Source: an uncultured Lachnospiraceae bacterium
GTDB taxonomy: Bacteria > Bacillota > Clostridia > Lachnospirales > Lachnospiraceae
Assembly (NCBI GenBank): GCA_964538805.1
Contig: CAZIGN010000002.1
Coordinates: 18,245 to 82,244 of the forward strand
Direction: 5' to 3'
DNA: 64,000 bases
A program made the translations under genes and the position numbers. Of this stretch, positions 1 to 10,421 are shown in pieces (the first letter of the stretch is position 1; each line of letters begins with the position of its first letter). Under the pieces are notes generated by a model, which saw nothing but the letters and a program-made list of their open reading frames with translations, was not told where the DNA came from and made no database searches.

Positions 1-1079
1 CTGGACACATATATTTTAGTTTGAAAGATTCTGTTGGTGTAATTTCTTGTGTAATGTTTGCGGGAAGTGCTAAAACATTAGCTTTCAAGCTAGAAGAAGG
101 AAAATCAGTTGTAGCAAGTGGAAGTGTAAGTGTATATGAAAGAGATGGTAAATATCAATTATATTGTAAGAATATAACGCTCGGTGGAGATGGTGATTTA
201 TATAAGAAATTTTTAGAATTGAAAGAAAAGCTTTTAACAATGGGAATGTTTGATCCTATGTATAAAAAGCCTATTCCTAAGTATTCTACAAAAGTAGGTA
301 TTATTACAGCTAGTACTGGTGCAGCAATTCAGGATATTTGCAATATATCTCAGAGAAGAAATCCATATACTAAATTGTATTTATATAATGCAATTGTACA
401 AGGAAGCGAAGCAAAACAAAGTCTAGTAGATGGAATTATAAAATTAGATTCATTAGATTTAGATGTTTTAATAATTGGGAGAGGTGGTGGCTCTATTGAA
501 GATTTATGGGCATTTAATGAAGAAGAGGTAGCAAGAGCTATATTTAACGCAAAAACACCTATAATATCTGCGGTAGGACATGAAACTGATACAACGATAG
601 CTGATTATGTATCAGATTTAAGGGCACCAACACCTTCAGCGGCAGCCGAGCTTGCAGTATTTGAATACTTAGAATTTGAACGAAGTCTAAATGAGTTTAA
701 TTATCAACTTAAAAAAAGATTTAATCAAAAATTAGACATGGCCAAAAATAAAATCAGTTCATATGCGGATAGTTTAAAAGCAAGATCACCTAAGAATGTT
801 GTCAATAATAAAAGAATGTATTTAACAGAATTCTTAAATAGAATCAATGAAAAGATGAACGTCAAATTGGTTTCAAAAAAACATGAATTAGAGATGATTG
901 CATCAAGCCTAAATGCACTTTCACCACTTAATAAACTTGGAAAAGGTTATGGTTTTATTGAGGATGAAAAAAATACCCCGATATCAAGTATAAATAAAGT
1001 CAAAGTTGGAAGTGACATTAAGATAAGATTAAAAGATGGTCAAATGTTAGCAACTATTAAAGATATTGAAAAGAGGTAA
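1..1079 (+). CDS. xseA: Exodeoxyribonuclease VII large subunit (5' end cut by window edge)
   Basis: The frame of ORF 21-1079 stays open back to position 3 (GHIYFSLKDS...). Motifs GRGGGSIEDLWAFNEE and GHETDTTIADYVSDLRAPTPSAAAE are typical of XseA. xseB follows 2 nt downstream. Confidence 0.9.
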   Translation, partial: GHIYFSLKDSVGVISCVMFAGSAKTLAFKLEEGKSVVASGSVSVYERDGKYQLYCKNITLGGDGDLYKKFLELKEKLLTMGMFDPMYKKPIPKYSTKVGIITASTGAAIQDICNISQRRNPYTKLYLYNAIVQGSEAKQSLVDGIIKLDSLDLDVLIIGRGGGSIEDLWAFNEEEVARAIFNAKTPIISAVGHETDTTIADYVSDLRAPTPSAAAELAVFEYLEFERSLNEFNYQLKKRFNQKLDMAKNKISSYADSLKARSPKNVVNNKRMYLTEFLNRINEKMNVKLVSKKHELEMIASSLNALSPLNKLGKGYGFIEDEKNTPISSINKVKVGSDIKIRLKDGQMLATIKDIEKR

Positions 1080-1081
1080 TT

Positions 1082-1279
1082 ATGGAAAATAACACTAATT
1101 CTGATGTTACTATTGAAGAAGGATTTAAAGAATTAAACGATATAATAATAAAGATGGATAAAGCCAATATTTCTTTAGAAGAAAGTTTTGAACTTTATGA
1201 CAAGGGTTTAAAGTTGGTCAAAAAATGTAATGAAAAAATCGAACAAATCGAACAAAAAATTCAAACAGTTAATGAATAA
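1082..1279 (+). CDS. xseB: Exodeoxyribonuclease VII small subunit
   Basis: 65-aa helical protein directly after xseA, with the XseB-like core LEESFELYDKGLKLVKKC. Confidence 0.85.
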   Translation: MENNTNSDVTIEEGFKELNDIIIKMDKANISLEESFELYDKGLKLVKKCNEKIEQIEQKIQTVNE

Positions 1280-1298
1280 CAAAAAGGAAGAAATATCA

Positions 1299-2225
1299 AT
1301 GAATTTTAATGAAGAATTAAAAAAAAGAGTCGAAACTATAGATAAAATCTTAGAAGTTTTTAAACCTAAAGAAGAAGGTTTGCAAATAGAAGTAATAAAA
1401 GCTATGAATTATAGCCTTAATGCTGGTGGGAAAAGAATAAGGCCTATTTTACTTTTAGAAACAATGAGACTTTTTAATGAGCAAATCAATGATTATAGTA
1501 GTATAATAGATAGTGAAACTAAGGTTAAATACTTTCTAAGTGCAATAGAAATGATACATACGTATTCTCTAGTTCATGATGACTTGCCTGCAATGGATAA
1601 TGATGAATTAAGACGAGGTAAGCCAACGACACATATAAAATTCGGACATGCAATGGGTGTACTTGCAGGAGATGGATTATTAAATTATGCTTTTGAATTA
1701 GGTTTGCAAGCAGTAGTAGAGAGTTTAGATAAGAGTAGTGCTTCTAATGCGTTGTTATTGTTATCAAAAAAAGCGGGAATATATGGAATGATAGGTGGAC
1801 AAACAGTTGATGTTAATTTATCAGGTCTTAATAATAAATATAACAATAAAGAGACATTAGAGTTTATTTATGAACTTAAAACAGGAGCACTTATAGAAGC
1901 TGCAATGGGAATTGGTGCTATATTATCAAATGCAACAAAAGAAGAGACAAAAAAGTGCATAAAAGCAGGAAGTTTAATAGGAATGGCTTTTCAAATACAA
2001 GACGACATACTTGATATAACTAGTACAAACGAAGTATTAGGAAAACCAATAGGAAGCGATGCAAAGAATCAAAAAAACACCTATGTTACACTATTTGGAT
2101 TAGAAAAAGCAAAAAAAGATGTACAAGAATTTTCTAAAGAAGCAATATCTATTATCGAATCATTACCATGTAAAAATGAATTTTTAGTAGAGCTTATAAA
2201 TTTTCTTATATACAGAAAAAAATAA
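1299..2225 (+). CDS. ispA: Farnesyl/geranyl diphosphate synthase (polyprenyl synthetase)
   Basis: Both Asp-rich motifs are present (LVHDDLPAMDNDELRRGKPT and FQIQDDILD). Start placed at ATG 1299 (MNFNEELKK) behind an AAAGGAAG SD. The longer ORF from 1230 overlaps xseB. Confidence 0.85.
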   Translation: MNFNEELKKRVETIDKILEVFKPKEEGLQIEVIKAMNYSLNAGGKRIRPILLLETMRLFNEQINDYSSIIDSETKVKYFLSAIEMIHTYSLVHDDLPAMDNDELRRGKPTTHIKFGHAMGVLAGDGLLNYAFELGLQAVVESLDKSSASNALLLLSKKAGIYGMIGGQTVDVNLSGLNNKYNNKETLEFIYELKTGALIEAAMGIGAILSNATKEETKKCIKAGSLIGMAFQIQDDILDITSTNEVLGKPIGSDAKNQKNTYVTLFGLEKAKKDVQEFSKEAISIIESLPCKNEFLVELINFLIYRKK

Positions 2226-2244
2226 CAAAAAAAGGAAAAACTAT

Positions 2245-4098
2245 ATGTTAAATAAAATCAAGCAATATAATGACATTAAAAAAATCGATAAAGCTGATCT
2301 TGACATATTAGCAAAAGAAATAAGAAACTTTTTAATTGATAATATAAGTAAAACAGGAGGCCATCTAGCTTCTAATTTAGGTGTGGTAGAATTAACAATG
2401 GCACTTCATCTATCACTAGATCTTCCTAGTGATAAAATAGTTTGGGATGTTGGTCATCAAGCATATACTCATAAACTCTTAACCGGAAGAAAAGCCGACT
2501 TCACTTCTCTTAGAACTTATGGTGGCATTAGTGGTTTTCCGAAAAGAAGAGAAAGTTGCTGTGATGCTTTTGATACAGGACATAGCTCTACATCAATATC
2601 AGCAGGTCTAGGTATAGTAAATGCTATGAAGATAAAAAACAATAGTGCTACAGTAGTATCAGTTATAGGGGATGGAGCATTAACTGGAGGTATGGCTTTT
2701 GAAGCTTTGAACAATGCAGCAAATCTAAAGAGGAATTTTATTATAATACTTAATGATAATAATATGTCTATATCAAAAAATGTTGGTGGTATATCAACAT
2801 ATCTATCAAACCTTAGAGCAGGTGAGGTATATAATGACATTAAGCATGGTGTCACAAAAACACTTGAGTCAATACCTCTTTTTGGTAATAAGTTAATAGA
2901 TAAAATCAGAAAAACAAAAAGTGGAATTAAGCAATTAGTTATTCCTGGAATGCTATTTGAAAATATGGGAATTACATATTTAGGACCTGTAGATGGACAT
3001 GATGTAAAAAAGATGACCAAGTTGTTTGATGAAGCTAAGAAATTAGACCATGCAGTTATAATACATGTCTTAACAAAAAAAGGAAAAGGTTTTAAACCTG
3101 CTGAATTACATCCGGAATATTTTCATGGTGTAGAACCTTTTGATAAAAATACTGGTCTGGTTTTAAAGAAAAAAGAAAAACCTAGTTATACGGATGTTTT
3201 TTCATCATCAATTGTAAAACTTGCAAAAAAAGACGAAAAGATAGTAGCAGTTACGGCCGCTATGCCAGAAGGGACAGGCCTAAAAAAATTTAGTGAAGTA
3301 TTTTCTGACAGATTTTTTGATGTTGGAATTGCAGAAGAACATGCGGTAACATTTGCAGCTGGACTAGCCTCACAAGGATTAAAACCCTTTGTTGCTATAT
3401 ATTCATCGTTTTTGCAAAGAGCTTATGATCAAATACTCCATGATGTATGCATTCAGGATTTACCTGTTAAATTCATTGTTGATAGAGCAGGTCTTGTAGG
3501 TGCTGACGGTGAAACACATCAAGGAATATTTGATATTTCATATTTATCTACTATTCCTAATATGAATATTCTTTGCCCAAAAAACAAATATGAATTAAGG
3601 CAAGCTTTAGAATTTGCTCTTGATTTCAATTCTCCAATTGCGATTAGATATCCAAGAGGACAGGCTTTTACAGGTCTAAAAGAGTTCAATTCTCCTATTA
3701 TATATGGGAAAAGCGAGGTTTTATATCAAGAAAAAGATATTGCAATATTAGCAGTTGGTGATATGAATGAGACAGCACTAAAAGTTAGAGAGATGTTGAA
3801 AAATGAAGCAATTAATGTTACATTAATAAATGTAAGGTTTGTAAAACCTTTCGACCAGGAGAACCTAGAAGAATTAGTTAAGAATCATCATCTATTAGTT
3901 ACTTTAGAAAACAATGTTTTAAATGGTTCATACGGTGAAAAAGTACATAGATTCATTAGTATGTATAATTATGGAGTTTCGGTATTATCAATTGGTATAC
4001 CTAACCAATATGTAGAACATGGAAGTGTTGAAATTCTAAAAAAAGATTGTGGAATAGATCCTGTTTCAGTTTATAATAAGATTAAAGAACACCTATAA
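2245..4098 (+). CDS. dxs: 1-deoxy-D-xylulose-5-phosphate synthase
   Basis: 617 aa with GGHLASNLGVVELT, DVGHQAYTHK and the ThDP motif GDGALTGGMAFEALN. Sits in the conserved position after ispA. Confidence 0.95.
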   Translation: MLNKIKQYNDIKKIDKADLDILAKEIRNFLIDNISKTGGHLASNLGVVELTMALHLSLDLPSDKIVWDVGHQAYTHKLLTGRKADFTSLRTYGGISGFPKRRESCCDAFDTGHSSTSISAGLGIVNAMKIKNNSATVVSVIGDGALTGGMAFEALNNAANLKRNFIIILNDNNMSISKNVGGISTYLSNLRAGEVYNDIKHGVTKTLESIPLFGNKLIDKIRKTKSGIKQLVIPGMLFENMGITYLGPVDGHDVKKMTKLFDEAKKLDHAVIIHVLTKKGKGFKPAELHPEYFHGVEPFDKNTGLVLKKKEKPSYTDVFSSSIVKLAKKDEKIVAVTAAMPEGTGLKKFSEVFSDRFFDVGIAEEHAVTFAAGLASQGLKPFVAIYSSFLQRAYDQILHDVCIQDLPVKFIVDRAGLVGADGETHQGIFDISYLSTIPNMNILCPKNKYELRQALEFALDFNSPIAIRYPRGQAFTGLKEFNSPIIYGKSEVLYQEKDIAILAVGDMNETALKVREMLKNEAINVTLINVRFVKPFDQENLEELVKNHHLLVTLENNVLNGSYGEKVHRFISMYNYGVSVLSIGIPNQYVEHGSVEILKKDCGIDPVSVYNKIKEHL

Positions 4099-4142
4099 AA
4101 GTATAAAGACAGACTATATAAAAAGTGAGGTTTTAAATACAA

Positions 4143-5003
4143 ATGGAAAAATTCTGCATTATTTTAAACGAATACAAAAAAGAAGCATTTAAAACTTCTG
4201 AACTCATACTTAAATATATAAAAGATAAGAATCTAAAAGGCACACTTTTTCGTTTTAACGAAGATACCATAGAGGATTTGTTAAATATTTCAAATGATTA
4301 TGATTGTGTTATAGTTTTAGGTGGAGATGGAACTTTTATCCAAGCAGCTAGAAGATTAGTAGAAAAGAATATACCCTTAATAGGTGTCAATTTTGGGAAA
4401 TTAGGTTTTTTAGCTGATATAGACAAAGATAATGTTATAACAATGATGGAAAAACTTGTAATGAATGAGTACCTTATTGAAAAAAGAATGCTCTTACAAG
4501 GAGACATTTATAAAAAAGATAGAGAAACGATTAATTCATTAGCGCTTAATGATATAGTTATTAACAGAACTTCTAACATGCGTATTCAAATATATAAAAT
4601 CTATGTTAATGGCCAGTATCTTAACACTTATCATGCAGATGGAATAATTATTTCCACACCAACAGGATCGACTGCATATAACCTTTCGGCTGGTGGCCCT
4701 ATAGCTATACCTTCTGCAAACTTGATATTAATGACTCCAATATGTCCTCATACTTTAAATACTAGAACAATTGTTTTTTCTGCCAATGATATAATTGAGA
4801 TAGAAATAATAAAAGATAGAGAAGATAATAATAATGATAAAGTTGTAGCTTTTGATGGAAACACAATATTTGATATTAGAAGTGGGGAAAAGATAATTAT
4901 TACAAAAGCTATAAAGGATATTAGAATTATAAAACTCAATCAAAAGAGTTTCTTAGAAACTTTAAGGAGGAAAATGGGAGATCATGAAGAGAGACAGACA
5001 TAA
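4143..5003 (+). CDS. nadK: NAD kinase
   Basis: GGDGT motif (VIVLGGDGTFIQAAR), NDIVI and TPTGSTAYNLSAGGP. Confidence 0.9.
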   Translation: MEKFCIILNEYKKEAFKTSELILKYIKDKNLKGTLFRFNEDTIEDLLNISNDYDCVIVLGGDGTFIQAARRLVEKNIPLIGVNFGKLGFLADIDKDNVITMMEKLVMNEYLIEKRMLLQGDIYKKDRETINSLALNDIVINRTSNMRIQIYKIYVNGQYLNTYHADGIIISTPTGSTAYNLSAGGPIAIPSANLILMTPICPHTLNTRTIVFSANDIIEIEIIKDREDNNNDKVVAFDGNTIFDIRSGEKIIITKAIKDIRIIKLNQKSFLETLRRKMGDHEERQT

Positions 5004-5439
5004 AGCTATTATTGAGATGATAGCAAATCATGATATAGAAACACAAGAGGAAATGGTTTTAAAACTTATAGAAGATGGTTTTGATGTTACACAAGCAACC
5101 GTTTCAAGAGATATAAAAGAATTGAAGTTGACTAAAATACCAACTGATAATGGTAAACAAAGATATTCTACAGTTGATTCTAAAATAACTGAATTAAATG
5201 AAAGATATATAAGGATTTTAAAGGAAGGTTATTTGTCAATTGATGATTCGCAAAACATAATAGTTTTAAAAACAGTACCAGGAATGGCTATGGCTGTAGG
5301 TGCAACACTTGATTCTTTAAAGTGGAGACAGATATTAGGATGTATAGCAGGAGATGATACAGTTTTATGTGTTACTAGAAGTAATAGTGATACTAAGATA
5401 GTAAAAGAAAAGTTGATTAGAATAGTAAAGGGTCAATAA
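4984..5439 (+). CDS. argR: Arginine repressor
   Basis: 151 aa with an N-terminal winged helix (ETQEEMV...TQATVSRDIKEL) and a C-terminal GCIAGDDTVLCV motif. Overlaps the nadK end by 20 nt and precedes recN as in Bacillus. Confidence 0.9.
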   Translation: MKRDRHKAIIEMIANHDIETQEEMVLKLIEDGFDVTQATVSRDIKELKLTKIPTDNGKQRYSTVDSKITELNERYIRILKEGYLSIDDSQNIIVLKTVPGMAMAVGATLDSLKWRQILGCIAGDDTVLCVTRSNSDTKIVKEKLIRIVKGQ

Positions 5440-5475
5440 ATACTTGGAGAATAATAGGCGCAGGAAAGAGGAAAT

Positions 5476-7137
5476 ATGTTATTAAACGTACATGTAAACA
5501 ACTTAGCCCTAATTGATGATGCAGATGTTTGTTTTAAAGATGGTTTAAATATTTTAACAGGAGAAACTGGGGCTGGTAAATCTATTATAATTGGTTCAAT
5601 TAATATAGCATTAGGTGCTAGAATTTCAAAAGACATAGTAAGAGATAAAGAAAAAAAAGCTTTTGTAGAACTTAGGTTTTTAATAAAAAACAACAAAACC
5701 AAAGAATATTTCATTAAAAATCAAATTGACTTAAACGATGATATTTTATCTATAAAAAGACTTATATATAAAGGGAAAAGTGAGATTTTTATTAATGATA
5801 AGCAAGTAAACTTATCATTGTTAATGGACGTCACTACATTTTTAATTGATGTTTATGGCCAACATGATCATCAATCACTTTTAAAACAATCTAAACATCT
5901 AGAAATTCTTGATGAATACGCCAAAGAAGAAACATCTTTATTCCTAATGGATTTAAAAGAAAAATACAAGATATATAAAAACTATCTGAGTCAACTAAAA
6001 GACTTCGACATTGATGAAGAACAAAGATTAAGAGAAATTTCATTTTTAGAATTTGAAATTGATGAAATAGAAAAAGCAGGTATAATCGAAGGCGAAGATA
6101 TTTTATTAGAAGAAAAATACAAAATAATAAATAATTCTAATATAATAGTACAAGCACTAAGTAAAAGTTTGTCTTGCCTTAACAATGAATACAATGACTC
6201 GGCAACTAGCATAATTAATTCTATATCTAAGGAATTATCATTCGTTTCTTCTTATGACGAAAAGTTAAGTGAGTTTTATAAAACAAGCTTAGATATTGAT
6301 GAGATGTGCATGAGTCTTAATAGAGAAATGAAAAGATACATAGATTCTTTTGCGCTTGACCCTAAAGAAGCATTTGAGATAGAAAACAGGCTTAATAAAT
6401 TAAATACGCTAAAACTAAAATATGGAAAAACCATAACAGAGATTTTGAAAAGCAAAGATGAAAAAAGCGAAAAGTTAAATGAATATATCAATTATGAAGA
6501 GAATAAAAATCTTCTCTTATCAAAAATAGAAGCTATTAAAAACGAAATATCTAATGTGTGTAATAAACTTACAAATGCCAGACAAAAGGCTGCTGTTTTG
6601 TTAGAGAATGATATAACTAAAGTTTTAAAAGAACTGAATTTTTTAGATGTAAGGTTTGTAATTGACTTTGAAGAAAATTTAGAATTTAATGAAAAAGGAA
6701 AAGACAATGTTTGTTTTATGGTTTCTACTAATCCTGGAGAAAGTGTTAAAGAATTAGCGAAAATTGCTTCTGGTGGAGAACTTTCTAGGATTATGCTTGG
6801 AATAAAATCTATATTAGCTGTTAAAGATGATATAGAAACATTAATATTTGATGAAATTGATACAGGGATTAGTGGTATAACTGCAGGGAAGGTTGCAAAT
6901 CAACTAGAAATATTAAGTAAAACACATCAGGTTATTTGTATAACGCATTTAGCCCAAATAGCTTCAAAAGCGAAAAACCACTATCTTATTAAAAAAGAAG
7001 TAATAAATAATAAAACAACAACAAACGTTGTAGAATTAAAAGAAGAAGAATCAATAAACGAACTAGCTAGAATTATCGGGGGCGCTGAAATTACCCATAA
7101 TATAATTAAATCTGCAAGAGAAATGAAGCTTAATTAA
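5476..7137 (+). CDS. recN: DNA repair protein RecN
   Basis: Walker A GETGAGKS, long coiled-coil middle, signature SGGELSRIMLGIK and Walker B LIFDEIDTGISG. Confidence 0.95.
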   Translation: MLLNVHVNNLALIDDADVCFKDGLNILTGETGAGKSIIIGSINIALGARISKDIVRDKEKKAFVELRFLIKNNKTKEYFIKNQIDLNDDILSIKRLIYKGKSEIFINDKQVNLSLLMDVTTFLIDVYGQHDHQSLLKQSKHLEILDEYAKEETSLFLMDLKEKYKIYKNYLSQLKDFDIDEEQRLREISFLEFEIDEIEKAGIIEGEDILLEEKYKIINNSNIIVQALSKSLSCLNNEYNDSATSIINSISKELSFVSSYDEKLSEFYKTSLDIDEMCMSLNREMKRYIDSFALDPKEAFEIENRLNKLNTLKLKYGKTITEILKSKDEKSEKLNEYINYEENKNLLLSKIEAIKNEISNVCNKLTNARQKAAVLLENDITKVLKELNFLDVRFVIDFEENLEFNEKGKDNVCFMVSTNPGESVKELAKIASGGELSRIMLGIKSILAVKDDIETLIFDEIDTGISGITAGKVANQLEILSKTHQVICITHLAQIASKAKNHYLIKKEVINNKTTTNVVELKEEESINELARIIGGAEITHNIIKSAREMKLN

Positions 7138-7160
7138 ATTAATGAAAGGTAAAATCACAA

Positions 7161-8597
7161 ATGAAAAATATATTATTTGTAGCATCAGAATCAGTTCCAT
7201 TTATTAAAACAGGAGGTTTAGCAGATGTAGTGGGTTCACTACCTAAATATTTTAATAAAGAAATGTTTGATGTAAGAGTTATACTGCCTAAATACGCATG
7301 TATGAAAAGCCAGTTTAGTGAAAGACTTGAATTTGTTGACAGTTTTTATATGGATCTAGCATGGAGAAAACAATATGTAGGTATACTAAAGACTGTATTT
7401 GAAGGTATAACATTTTATTTCATTGATAATGAATTTTACTTTAGCGGGGATAGACCTTATGAAGAGACAAGAAAAGACATTGAAAAGTTTACTTTCTTTT
7501 CTAGAGCAGCACTTAGTGCATTGCCAATTATTGATTTTAAACCAGATATAATTCACTGTCATGATTGGCAAACAGGATTAGTACCGGTGTATCTTAAAGA
7601 TAGCTTTTCAGAAGGCGAGTTTTACAAAAATATCAAAACTGTTATGACCATCCACAACCTTAAATTTCAAGGTGTATGGAACAAAAAAGATATTATAGAT
7701 ATAGCAGGTCTTTCAGAGTATTATTTTACTACGGATAAATTAGGTGTTTTTGAAGATGCAAATTATCTAAAAGGTGGGATTGTATATGCAGACTATGTTA
7801 CTACTGTTAGTGATACATATGCAAATGAAATTAAAACGCCATTTTTTGGAGAAGGTTTAGATGGACTAATGCGAGCTAGAAACAATAGGCTTGTTGGTAT
7901 ATTAAATGGCTTAGATTATGATGAATACGATCCTGAAACGGATGATTTAATTGCGCACAACTACAATTTGATTAATTTTAGAAAAGAAAAAATCAAAAAT
8001 AAAATTGCATTACAAAAAGAACTGGGGATAGAAGTAAATAAAAACAAATTTACTATAGGAATAGTATCAAGGCTTACAGATCAAAAAGGTTTTGATTTGA
8101 TAAACTGTGTAATGGATGAGATTTGTAAAGAAGATGTTATATTAGTAGTAGTCGGAACCGGAGATGCTAAATACGAAAATATGTTTAGGCACTACGAATG
8201 GAAATACGAAAAAAGAGTATCAGCAAATATTTATTATTCTGAGGAATTATCTCATAAAGTATATGCAGGATGCGATGCATTTTTGATGCCATCATTGTTT
8301 GAACCATGTGGACTTAGCCAATTGATGAGTTTGAGATATGGTACTGTACCTATAGTGAGGGAAACTGGTGGTTTAAAAGACACTGTAGAAGCTTACAATG
8401 TGTATGAGAATAAAGGAACAGGATTTTCGTTTACTAACTATAATGCTCATGAAATGCTAGATACAATTAATTATGCAAAAGATGTATATTATAATAAAAA
8501 AAGAGAGTGGAATAAAATTGTAGATAGAGGGATGGCAAAAGATTTTTCTTGGAATTCTTCAGCAGATAAATATGAAGAATTATATACAATTTTGTAA
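7161..8597 (+). CDS. glgA: Glycogen (starch) synthase, GT5
   Basis: N-terminal KTGGLADVVGSLPK motif, 478 aa, C-terminal PSLFEPCGLSQL and RETGGLKDTV motifs. Confidence 0.9.
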   Translation: MKNILFVASESVPFIKTGGLADVVGSLPKYFNKEMFDVRVILPKYACMKSQFSERLEFVDSFYMDLAWRKQYVGILKTVFEGITFYFIDNEFYFSGDRPYEETRKDIEKFTFFSRAALSALPIIDFKPDIIHCHDWQTGLVPVYLKDSFSEGEFYKNIKTVMTIHNLKFQGVWNKKDIIDIAGLSEYYFTTDKLGVFEDANYLKGGIVYADYVTTVSDTYANEIKTPFFGEGLDGLMRARNNRLVGILNGLDYDEYDPETDDLIAHNYNLINFRKEKIKNKIALQKELGIEVNKNKFTIGIVSRLTDQKGFDLINCVMDEICKEDVILVVVGTGDAKYENMFRHYEWKYEKRVSANIYYSEELSHKVYAGCDAFLMPSLFEPCGLSQLMSLRYGTVPIVRETGGLKDTVEAYNVYENKGTGFSFTNYNAHEMLDTINYAKDVYYNKKREWNKIVDRGMAKDFSWNSSADKYEELYTIL

Positions 8598-8608
8598 TAG
8601 AGGTAATT

Positions 8609-10360
8609 ATGGCTTTTGATGGAATCACAATAAATGCATTATCGAATGAACTAAATACGCTACTAAAAGATGCGAGGATTACAAAGATTGCTCAGACTGA
8701 AAAAGATGAATTAATAATAAGCCTTAAATCTTACAAAGAGAATTACAAATTATTAATATCTGCAAATGCTTCATTGCCGCTTATTTATATGACAAAAACA
8801 CCAAAAACAAGTCCTTTGACAGCGCCTAATTTTTGTATGTTATTGCGAAAACACATAAATTCAGGAAAAATATTAAGTATAACTCAGCCAGGACTTGAAA
8901 GAATTATAGAAATAAAAATAGAGCATTATAATGAGCTAGGCGATTTATGCCAAAAAGTTTTGATAATTGAAATGATGGGAAAACATAGCAATATAATTTT
9001 TTGTGAAGATAACGAAGATGTAAATGAAAGAAAAATTATAGATAGTATTAAGAGAATTTCCTTATTAGTAAGTTCTGTTAGAGAAGTTTTGCCAGGAAAG
9101 ATTTATACAAGACCCAAAAATGAAAAAATAGATTTGTTAACTTCAGATAAAGTTATACTAAATGAAATATTTTTAATTAAAAATGAAGATGTTGTTGCAG
9201 CAATCTATAAAAGTATTACCGGAATAAGCCCTATAATAGCTGCAAATATTTGTGAAAGAGCTAATATTAATACACAAAAAACACCTTTTTTATTAAAAGA
9301 AAATGAAAAGCAAAAGCTCATAAAAGAATTGCTAGAACTCAAAAAACTTATTCAAAACAAAGCTTATAAGCCTTATGTTATTTACGAAAACGAAGAACCA
9401 AAAGATTTTTTTGTATCTGATTTATCATTACTGACAAAAAATGAGAAAATACTTACTTTTGAATCAGTTAGTGAAATGTTAGAAAGTTATTATAAATTAA
9501 AAAACATTTTAACTAGAATCAAACAAAAATCATATGATTTAAGAAGGGTTGCCCAGACAATTTTAGATAAAGACATAAAAAAACTAGACATTCAAAATAA
9601 GCAGATGCAAGATACTAATAAGATGGAAAAATATAGATTGTATGGCGAATTAATCAGTGCTTACACCTATGATATTTCACCACAGACAAAGGTGTATAAA
9701 GCATACAATTATAATGACGAGACTTATCTTGATATCCCACTAGATGAGGATTTGACGCCAGCATTAAATAGCAAAAAATACTTTGAAAAATATAATAGAT
9801 TAAAGAGAACAAAAATAGCATTAGAAGAAATAATAAAAGAAACACAAGCACAGATAGATCATTTATTATCGATTTTATCTTCAATAGATTTAGCCTTAGA
9901 AGAAGATGATTTAAAACTTATAAAAGAAGAAATGATAGTCAGTGGTTATATAAAAAGAAAAGCTGCTGATAAAAAAATCAAATCAATAAATAAACCTTTA
10001 AGGTATACTACAAAAGAAGGCGATGAGATAATAGTAGGAAAAAACAATCTTCAAAATGATGAAATAACATTTAAATTAGCTACAGGTAATGATTGGTGGT
10101 TTCATGCAAAAGGGATACCAGGTTCTCACGTTATAGTAAAAACAATGAAAGAAGAACTTAGTGATTATACTTATGAATTAGCAGCTAAAGCGGCGGGGTA
10201 TTATTCAAAAGGAAGAAGTCTTTCTAAAGTTGAAGTAGATTATACTCAAAAGAAGAATATCAAAAAACCCGCTGGCTCTAAACCAGGTTTTGTAGTTTAT
10301 AATTCTAATTACTCAATGATTATTAAGCCAGACATTAAAGAACTTAAAATAATTGACTAG
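8609..10360 (+). CDS. rqcH: Ribosome quality-control protein RqcH / fibronectin-binding protein A family (NFACT)
   Basis: 583 aa with an NFACT-N type N terminus (MAFDGITI...), a coiled-coil middle and a C-terminal NFACT-R motif WWFHAKGIPGSHVIVK. Confidence 0.85.
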   Translation: MAFDGITINALSNELNTLLKDARITKIAQTEKDELIISLKSYKENYKLLISANASLPLIYMTKTPKTSPLTAPNFCMLLRKHINSGKILSITQPGLERIIEIKIEHYNELGDLCQKVLIIEMMGKHSNIIFCEDNEDVNERKIIDSIKRISLLVSSVREVLPGKIYTRPKNEKIDLLTSDKVILNEIFLIKNEDVVAAIYKSITGISPIIAANICERANINTQKTPFLLKENEKQKLIKELLELKKLIQNKAYKPYVIYENEEPKDFFVSDLSLLTKNEKILTFESVSEMLESYYKLKNILTRIKQKSYDLRRVAQTILDKDIKKLDIQNKQMQDTNKMEKYRLYGELISAYTYDISPQTKVYKAYNYNDETYLDIPLDEDLTPALNSKKYFEKYNRLKRTKIALEEIIKETQAQIDHLLSILSSIDLALEEDDLKLIKEEMIVSGYIKRKAADKKIKSINKPLRYTTKEGDEIIVGKNNLQNDEITFKLATGNDWWFHAKGIPGSHVIVKTMKEELSDYTYELAAKAAGYYSKGRSLSKVEVDYTQKKNIKKPAGSKPGFVVYNSNYSMIIKPDIKELKIID

Positions 10361-10421
10361 GTTAGCCTATTCTATTATAATGAAAAAATATAGTTTGTTT
10401 TTAACAGAAAGGCATAAAGCA

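Noticed and set aside
1230-1298. Upstream extensions of ORFs (ispA from 1230, yicC from 10353, rimO from 12182, pdp from 26986, tmcAL to 60717, flavoprotein from 48228)
   Set aside because: The extensions overlap the preceding gene or lack an SD. Internal ATGs restore canonical family N termini and have good SD spacing.
2517-3020. 167-aa minus-strand ORF inside dxs
   Set aside because: Antisense shadow ORF within a highly conserved gene, with no independent signals.
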